This document shows, one piece after another, positions 58,576 through 64,000 of a stretch of DNA of 64,000 nt; positions within the stretch are counted from its first letter, which is position 1; each line of letters opens with the position of its first letter. Both the position numbers and the translations under genes were made by a program. The notes beneath the pieces are model-generated. The model made no database searches. It saw only the letters and a list, made by a program, of their open reading frames with translations, and was not told where the DNA came from. Source of the DNA: an uncultured Candidatus Rokubacteria bacterium (GTDB taxonomy: Bacteria; Methylomirabilota; Methylomirabilia; Rokubacteriales; DASRDR01); contig CAWDVE010000004.1 in assembly GCA_963805625.1 (NCBI GenBank), positions 96,001 through 160,000 of the forward strand. The letters are read 5' to 3'.

Positions 58576-60378
58576 ATGGATGAGCGTGAACGTGAGCTGA
58601 GGCAGTGGATCGCGCGGGTCAAGAACGGCACGGTCACCCGCCGTGAGTTCACCCGGATGATGGTCGCGGCCGGGCTGACGGCGCCGATGGCGGCCCAGAT
58701 GCTGTCGGCATCGGGCGTGGCTCACGCCCAGCAGAAGCCGGCGTTCAATCCCACCAAGCGTGGGGGCGGCGGACCGGTCAAGACCCTGTGGTGGCAGGCC
58801 CCGGTGCTCTTGAACCCCCACCTCTCCCCGGGGACGAAGGACGTCGACGCCTCGCGCATCTTCTACGAGCCCCTCTGCTCGTTCGATCCCGACGGGAACC
58901 TCCTCCCGGTCCTGGCGACCGAGGTGCCCACGGTCCAGAACGGCGGGATCTCGAAGGACGGTATGTCGGTGACCTGGAAGCTGAAGAAGAACGTCGTCTG
59001 GCACGATGGGAAGCCGTTCACGGCGGACGACGTGGTTGCGACCTGGGAGTGGGCGGCCGACCCGGCCTCGGCGGCCGTGACCTCGGGGGGGTACAAGGAC
59101 ATCGCCCGGATCGACAAGCTGGACAGTCACACCGCCAAGATCACCTTCACGCGGCCGGCGCCGTTTCCCTTCGAGCCGTTCTGCGGCCCCAACGGGCAGG
59201 TCCTGCCGAAGCACGTCTTCGAGCCGTTCAAGGGAGCGAAGTCCCGCGAGGCGCCGGCCAACCTCAAGCCCGTGGGGACCGGGCCATACCGGATCGTCGA
59301 CTTCAAGCCCGGGGACTCCGTCAAGGCCGAGCTCAACCCGACCTATCACGTGCCGAATCGGCCGTTCTTCGACACGCTGGAGATGAAGGGCGGCGGGGAT
59401 GCCGCCTCCGCGGCGCGCGCGGTCATCCAGACCGGCGAGTACGACTACGCCTGGAACATGCAGGTCGAGGACGACATCCTGCTTCGCCTGGAGCAAGGTG
59501 GTCGCGGCAAGGTCGAGATCGTCTACGGCGGCAACATCGAGTTCATCGGGGTCAACTTCTCCGACCCCTGGACCGAGGTGGACGGGGAATGGTCCAGCCC
59601 GAAGTCGAAGCACCCCCTCTTCACCGACCCCGCCGTGCGCCAGGCCGTGAACCTCCTGGTCGACCGGTCGGCGGTCCAGGAGCAGATCTACGGCCGCCAG
59701 GGCCGGACGAGCGCCAACTTCCTGAACGCCCCCTCCAAGGTCCGCTCGGCCAACACGAAGTGGGAGTTCAGCGTCGACAAGGCCAACGCGCTGCTCGAGC
59801 AGGCCGGGTGGAAGCGGGGGGCCGACGGCATCCGCGCCAAGGACGGCAAGCGCCTCAAGATCGTGTACCAGACGTCCACCAACGCTCCCCGCCAGAAGAA
59901 CCAGGCCATCGTCAAGCAGGCCGCGGCCAAGGCCGGGATCGACGTCGAGATCAAGGCGGTCGTCGCGTCGGTCTTCTTCGGGTCCGACCCGGCGAACTGG
60001 GACACGTTCCCGCACTTCAAGGCCGACATCCAGATGTACACGACTACCATGGTGCACCCCGACCCGCAGCGGTTCATGAACCAGTTCCTCACCGAGGAGA
60101 TCGCGTCGAAGGCCAACAAGTGGTCGGGCCGCAACCCGACGCGCTGGGGCAACGAGGAGTACGACCGGACGTACAAGGCTTCCGAGAGCGAGATGGATCC
60201 CGTCAAGCGCGCGGCCATGTTCATCAAGATGAACGATCTCCTGATCCAGAACGTCGTCGTGATCCCGGTGCTCTGGCGGGCCCGCGTGGCGGCCGTCTCC
60301 AACAAGCTCCGAAACACCGAGCAGAGCCCGTGGGAGTCCGACTTCTGGAACCACGCCAACTGGTACCGCGAGGCGTAG
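58576..60378 (+). CDS. Peptide ABC substrate-binding protein, copy 2, Tat signal
   Basis: TRREF; collinear paralogue of copy 1; ends WYREA*. Confidence 0.93.
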   Translation: MDERERELRQWIARVKNGTVTRREFTRMMVAAGLTAPMAAQMLSASGVAHAQQKPAFNPTKRGGGGPVKTLWWQAPVLLNPHLSPGTKDVDASRIFYEPLCSFDPDGNLLPVLATEVPTVQNGGISKDGMSVTWKLKKNVVWHDGKPFTADDVVATWEWAADPASAAVTSGGYKDIARIDKLDSHTAKITFTRPAPFPFEPFCGPNGQVLPKHVFEPFKGAKSREAPANLKPVGTGPYRIVDFKPGDSVKAELNPTYHVPNRPFFDTLEMKGGGDAASAARAVIQTGEYDYAWNMQVEDDILLRLEQGGRGKVEIVYGGNIEFIGVNFSDPWTEVDGEWSSPKSKHPLFTDPAVRQAVNLLVDRSAVQEQIYGRQGRTSANFLNAPSKVRSANTKWEFSVDKANALLEQAGWKRGADGIRAKDGKRLKIVYQTSTNAPRQKNQAIVKQAAAKAGIDVEIKAVVASVFFGSDPANWDTFPHFKADIQMYTTTMVHPDPQRFMNQFLTEEIASKANKWSGRNPTRWGNEEYDRTYKASESEMDPVKRAAMFIKMNDLLIQNVVVIPVLWRARVAAVSNKLRNTEQSPWESDFWNHANWYREA

Positions 60379-60542
60379 AGCTGGCGCCCTGGCCGCGGCC
60401 TGCCTTCCCCGGACCCGGGGTGGGAGCGTCGGCGCGCCTGGTCGGTGGCGAAGCCACGCCCGGCAGACCGGCCGGTGTGCCGGGGCCGAGCCTCGCCGGG
60501 TGTTCACTCGCATCGGGATCGACAGAGCAGGGAGGATAACCC

Positions 60543-62345
60543 ATGGATGAGCGTGAGCTGCGGGAGTGGATCGAACGGGTCAAGGACGGCACGCTCAGCC
60601 GCCGGGATTTCACCCGGATGCTGGCGGGCTTCGGGCTGGCGACGCCGATGGCGGCGCAGGTGCTCGCCGCGGGCGGGGTGCCCCGCCGGGCTTCCGCTCA
60701 GACGAAGCCCGCGTTCACGCCGAGCCGGCGAGGCGGTGGCGGCGAGCTCAAGACGCTCTGGTGGCAGGCGGTGAGCATCCTGAACTGCCACCTCGCGGTG
60801 GGCGTGAAGGACAACGACGGCTCGCGGCTCTTCAACGAGCCGCTGGCGGCCTTCGATCCCGACGGCAACCTGATGCCGATCCTAGCTGCCGAGATCCCGA
60901 CGCTCGACAACGGCGGCGTCTCGAAGGACGGTCTCTCAGTCACCTGGAAGCTCAAGAAGAACGTCCAGTGGCACGACGGCAAGCCCTTCACCGCCGATGA
61001 CGTAGTGTTCACCTGGGAGTTCGCGGCCGACCCCGCGACGGCCGCGACCACCGCCGGCAACTACAAGGACATTGCGCGGATCGACAAGGTCGACAGCCAT
61101 ACCGTCAAGATGGGATTCAAGAATCCGACGCCGTTCTGGGCGATCTCCTTCTGCGGCCCGACGGGGCTCGTCATCCCCCGGCACGTCTTCGAGCCATTCA
61201 AGGGGGCGAAGTCCCGGGAGGCCCCGGCGAACATGAAGCCGGTGGGAACCGGCCCCTACCGGTACGTGGACTTCAAGCCCAACGACGTCGTCCGGGCCGA
61301 GCTCAACCCGAACTACCACGTCCCCAACTGGCCGTTCTTCGACCGGGTCGAGATGAAGGGCGGCGGGGACGCGACCTCGGCGGCGCGCGCGGTCATCCAG
61401 ACCGGCGAGTACGACTTCGCCTGGAACCTCCAGGTCGAGGACGACATCCTGCGGCGGATGGAGCAGGGCGGGAAGGGGCGCGTGGACTTCACCGTCTCCG
61501 GCAACATCGAGCACGTCAACGTGAACCAGACCGACCCCTGGACCGAGGTCGACGGCGAGCGTTCCAGTCTGAAGACCAAGCACCCGCTGCTCTCCGATCC
61601 GGCGGTCCGCCAGGCGCTGTCCCTGGTGATCGATCGCGGGTCCATGCAGGAGCAGCTCTACGGGCGGGCCGGGCAGGCGACGGCCAACTACGTCAACGCC
61701 CCCGGCCGCTTCCAGTCGAAGAACACGCGGTGGGAGTTCAGCGTCGACAGGGCCAACAAGGTCCTCGACGATGCCGGCTGGAAACGCGGCGCCGACGGGG
61801 TCCGCGCCAAGGACGGCAAGCGGCTGAAGCTCCTGCTCCAGACCTCGATCAACCCGCTCCGGCAGAAGGAGCAGGCCATCATCAAGCAGGTGGCCGCCAA
61901 AGCCGGGATGGAGATGGAGCTGAAGACGGTGGTCGCATCCGTCTTCTTTGGCTCCGACGAGGCCAACCCGGACAACATCGGGCACTTCAGCGCCGATCTC
62001 CAGATGTACGCCTGGCAGTTCGACGTCGACCCCCTGCCGTCCATGCGCGTCTTCCCGTCGTGGGAAGTGGCCACCAAGGAGAACAAGTTCTCGGGGCGCA
62101 ACACGACACGCTTCCGCAGCGAGGAGTTCGACCGCCTGTACAAGGCGGCCGAGACCGAGATGGATCCGGTCAAGCGCGCGGCCCACTTCATCCGGATGAA
62201 CGACCTGGTGGTGCAGAACATGGTCGTCATCCCGCTCGTCTGGCGGAACTGGGTCTCTGGCGTCTCCAGCAAGCTGAAGGGCACCGAGATCAGCGGCTGG
62301 GACTCGAGCTTCTGGAACCTGTCCCACTGGTATCGCGAGGCGTAG
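60543..62345 (+). CDS. Peptide ABC substrate-binding protein, copy 3, Tat signal
   Basis: SRRDF; collinear paralogue; ends WYREA*. Confidence 0.93.
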   Translation: MDERELREWIERVKDGTLSRRDFTRMLAGFGLATPMAAQVLAAGGVPRRASAQTKPAFTPSRRGGGGELKTLWWQAVSILNCHLAVGVKDNDGSRLFNEPLAAFDPDGNLMPILAAEIPTLDNGGVSKDGLSVTWKLKKNVQWHDGKPFTADDVVFTWEFAADPATAATTAGNYKDIARIDKVDSHTVKMGFKNPTPFWAISFCGPTGLVIPRHVFEPFKGAKSREAPANMKPVGTGPYRYVDFKPNDVVRAELNPNYHVPNWPFFDRVEMKGGGDATSAARAVIQTGEYDFAWNLQVEDDILRRMEQGGKGRVDFTVSGNIEHVNVNQTDPWTEVDGERSSLKTKHPLLSDPAVRQALSLVIDRGSMQEQLYGRAGQATANYVNAPGRFQSKNTRWEFSVDRANKVLDDAGWKRGADGVRAKDGKRLKLLLQTSINPLRQKEQAIIKQVAAKAGMEMELKTVVASVFFGSDEANPDNIGHFSADLQMYAWQFDVDPLPSMRVFPSWEVATKENKFSGRNTTRFRSEEFDRLYKAAETEMDPVKRAAHFIRMNDLVVQNMVVIPLVWRNWVSGVSSKLKGTEISGWDSSFWNLSHWYREA

Positions 62346-62356
62346 CCGGAGGGACG

Positions 62357-64000
62357 ATGGACGAGCGCGGGCTTCGGCACTGGATCGTCCGAGTCAAGGA
62401 CGGGAGCATCTCGCGCCGCCAGTTCACATGGATCATGGTCGGAGCGGGCCTGACGGCGCCGGTCGCCGCGCAGATGCTGGACGTCCAGGGTGCTCCGCGC
62501 GAGGCCGCGGCGCAGACGCGACCGGCGTTCACGCCGACCCGGCGAGGCGGCGGCGGTGACGTGAAGGTTCTGTGGTGGCAGGGGCCTACCATCCTCAACC
62601 CGCACCTGTCGATCGGCGTCAAGGACGGAGACGGGTCGCGCATCTTCTACGAGCCGCTGATCTCGTTCGACCCCGAGGGCAACTTCGTGCCCGTCCTCGC
62701 CGCCGAGGTCCCGACGCTCCAGAACGGCGGCATCGCGCGGGACGGGCTGTCGGCGACCTGGAAGCTCAAGCGGAACGTGCAGTGGCACGACGGGAAGCCC
62801 CTCACCGCGGACGACTTCGTCTTCACGTGGGAGTACGCGGCCGACCCGGCGACGACGGCTATCTCGGCGGGGACCTACAAGGACGTCGCGCGCATCGAGA
62901 AGCTCGATGCCCACACGCTCAAGATCGTCTACAAGGCGCCGAACCCCGCGTGGTTCCAGACGTTCGGGGGCACGCTCTGCGTCATCCCGAAGCATGTCTT
63001 CGAGCCCTTCAGGGGCGCCAAGGCGCGCGAGGCGCCCGCCAATCTCAAGCCGGTCGGGACCGGGCCGTACCGGGTCGTCGATTTCAAGCCCGGTGACGCG
63101 ATCCGGGCGGAGCTGAACCCCAACTATCACGAGCCGAACTGGCCGTTCTTCGACCGATTGGAGCTCAAGGGTGGAGGGGACGCGGTCTCGGCGGCCCGTG
63201 CCGTCATCCAGACGGGCGAGTACGACTTCGCCTGGAATATCCAGGTCGAGGACGACGTGCTCCGACGGATGGAGCAGGGCGGCAAGGGGCGGACGGACAT
63301 CGCCCCGGCCGCTGGCATCGAGCATCTCCTCTGCAACTTCTCCGACCCCTGGACCGAGGTCGACGGGGAGCGCGGCAGCGCCAAGTCCGCACATCCCTTC
63401 CTCACCGACCCCGCCGTTCGTCAGGCCCTCAGCCTTCTCATCGACCGGGCGGCCATCCAGGAGCAGCTCTACGGGCGCCAGGGGCAGGCGACGGCCAACT
63501 ACCTCAATGCGCCGAGCCGCTTCCGGTCTCCGAACACCCGGTGGGAGTTCAGCGTCGACAAGGCGAATGCGGCGCTCGATCGGGCCGGCTGGAAGCGCGG
63601 CGCCGACGGGATCCGCGCGAAGGACGGCAAGCGCCTGAAGATGGTCTATCAGACCTCGATCAACCCCGTACGACAGAAGACGCAGGCGATCGTCAAGCAG
63701 GCGGCCGCCAAGGCGGGGATCGAGATGGAGCTGAAGTCGGTCGTCGCCTCCGTGTACTTCGGCAGCGATCCCGGAAATCCGGACACGAGCTCGAAGTTCT
63801 GGGCCGACGTCCAGATGTACGCCTTCAACATGACGAGCGGCCCCGAGCCCCAGCGGTTCATGGATCCGTTCGTGTCGTGGGAGATCGCCACGAAGGCGAA
63901 CAGCTGGTCGGGCCGCAACAACACCCGGTGGCGCAACGAGGAGTACGACCGCGCGTGGAAGGCCGCCGAGTCGGAGATGGACCCGGTGAAGCGGGCGGCG
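62357..64000 (+). CDS. Peptide ABC substrate-binding protein, copy 4 (partial, runs off the right edge)
   Basis: ATG at 62357 after GGAGG: MDERGLRHWIVRVKDGSISRRQF...; same motifs; open to the window end. Confidence 0.92.
   Translation, partial: MDERGLRHWIVRVKDGSISRRQFTWIMVGAGLTAPVAAQMLDVQGAPREAAAQTRPAFTPTRRGGGGDVKVLWWQGPTILNPHLSIGVKDGDGSRIFYEPLISFDPEGNFVPVLAAEVPTLQNGGIARDGLSATWKLKRNVQWHDGKPLTADDFVFTWEYAADPATTAISAGTYKDVARIEKLDAHTLKIVYKAPNPAWFQTFGGTLCVIPKHVFEPFRGAKAREAPANLKPVGTGPYRVVDFKPGDAIRAELNPNYHEPNWPFFDRLELKGGGDAVSAARAVIQTGEYDFAWNIQVEDDVLRRMEQGGKGRTDIAPAAGIEHLLCNFSDPWTEVDGERGSAKSAHPFLTDPAVRQALSLLIDRAAIQEQLYGRQGQATANYLNAPSRFRSPNTRWEFSVDKANAALDRAGWKRGADGIRAKDGKRLKMVYQTSINPVRQKTQAIVKQAAAKAGIEMELKSVVASVYFGSDPGNPDTSSKFWADVQMYAFNMTSGPEPQRFMDPFVSWEIATKANSWSGRNNTRWRNEEYDRAWKAAESEMDPVKRAA

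Overview
Very GC-rich bacterial chromosomal segment. Gene content and the tandem 'M[DE]ER[EG]LR..W...RR.F' solute-binding proteins suggest Candidatus Rokubacteria/Methylomirabilota (inference, not checked). It is mostly housekeeping and metabolic: M20 hydrolase, transaldolase, sthA, an envelope/protease run (PIG-L, M28-PDZ, PD40, FAAL-like ligase, lemA, htpX), rfbB, IclR, uvrA, an EF-G2 paralogue, orphan exeA/exeB, a sulfite-themed cluster (HPrK-like P-loop protein, comA, TauE, fused 4Fe-4S/NrfD, Tat-less Mo-bisPGD enzyme), a TPP enzyme, a fused IOR, a TCA operon (acn-icd-mdh-Sdh1-type sdhCAB-sucCD-ndk), biotin carboxylase/BCCP, and at least 4 tandem Tat-signal ABC peptide-binding proteins. 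The most striking signal is a ~29-bp repeat (GGGGTCAGACTTTGACTTCCCGACATTTC), seen 7 times at 40476-50521. It brackets a deleted HUH/Y1 (RAYT-like) transposase and forms two non-autonomous inverted-repeat elements inside the TCA operon. It also supplies the last four codons and the stop (GV[R/K]L*) of three unrelated enzymes (IOR, Icd, SucC), and on the opposite strand the stop of the transposase remnant. All three paired elements are multiples of 3 bp long, and icd/mdh and sucC/sucD stay in frame across them.
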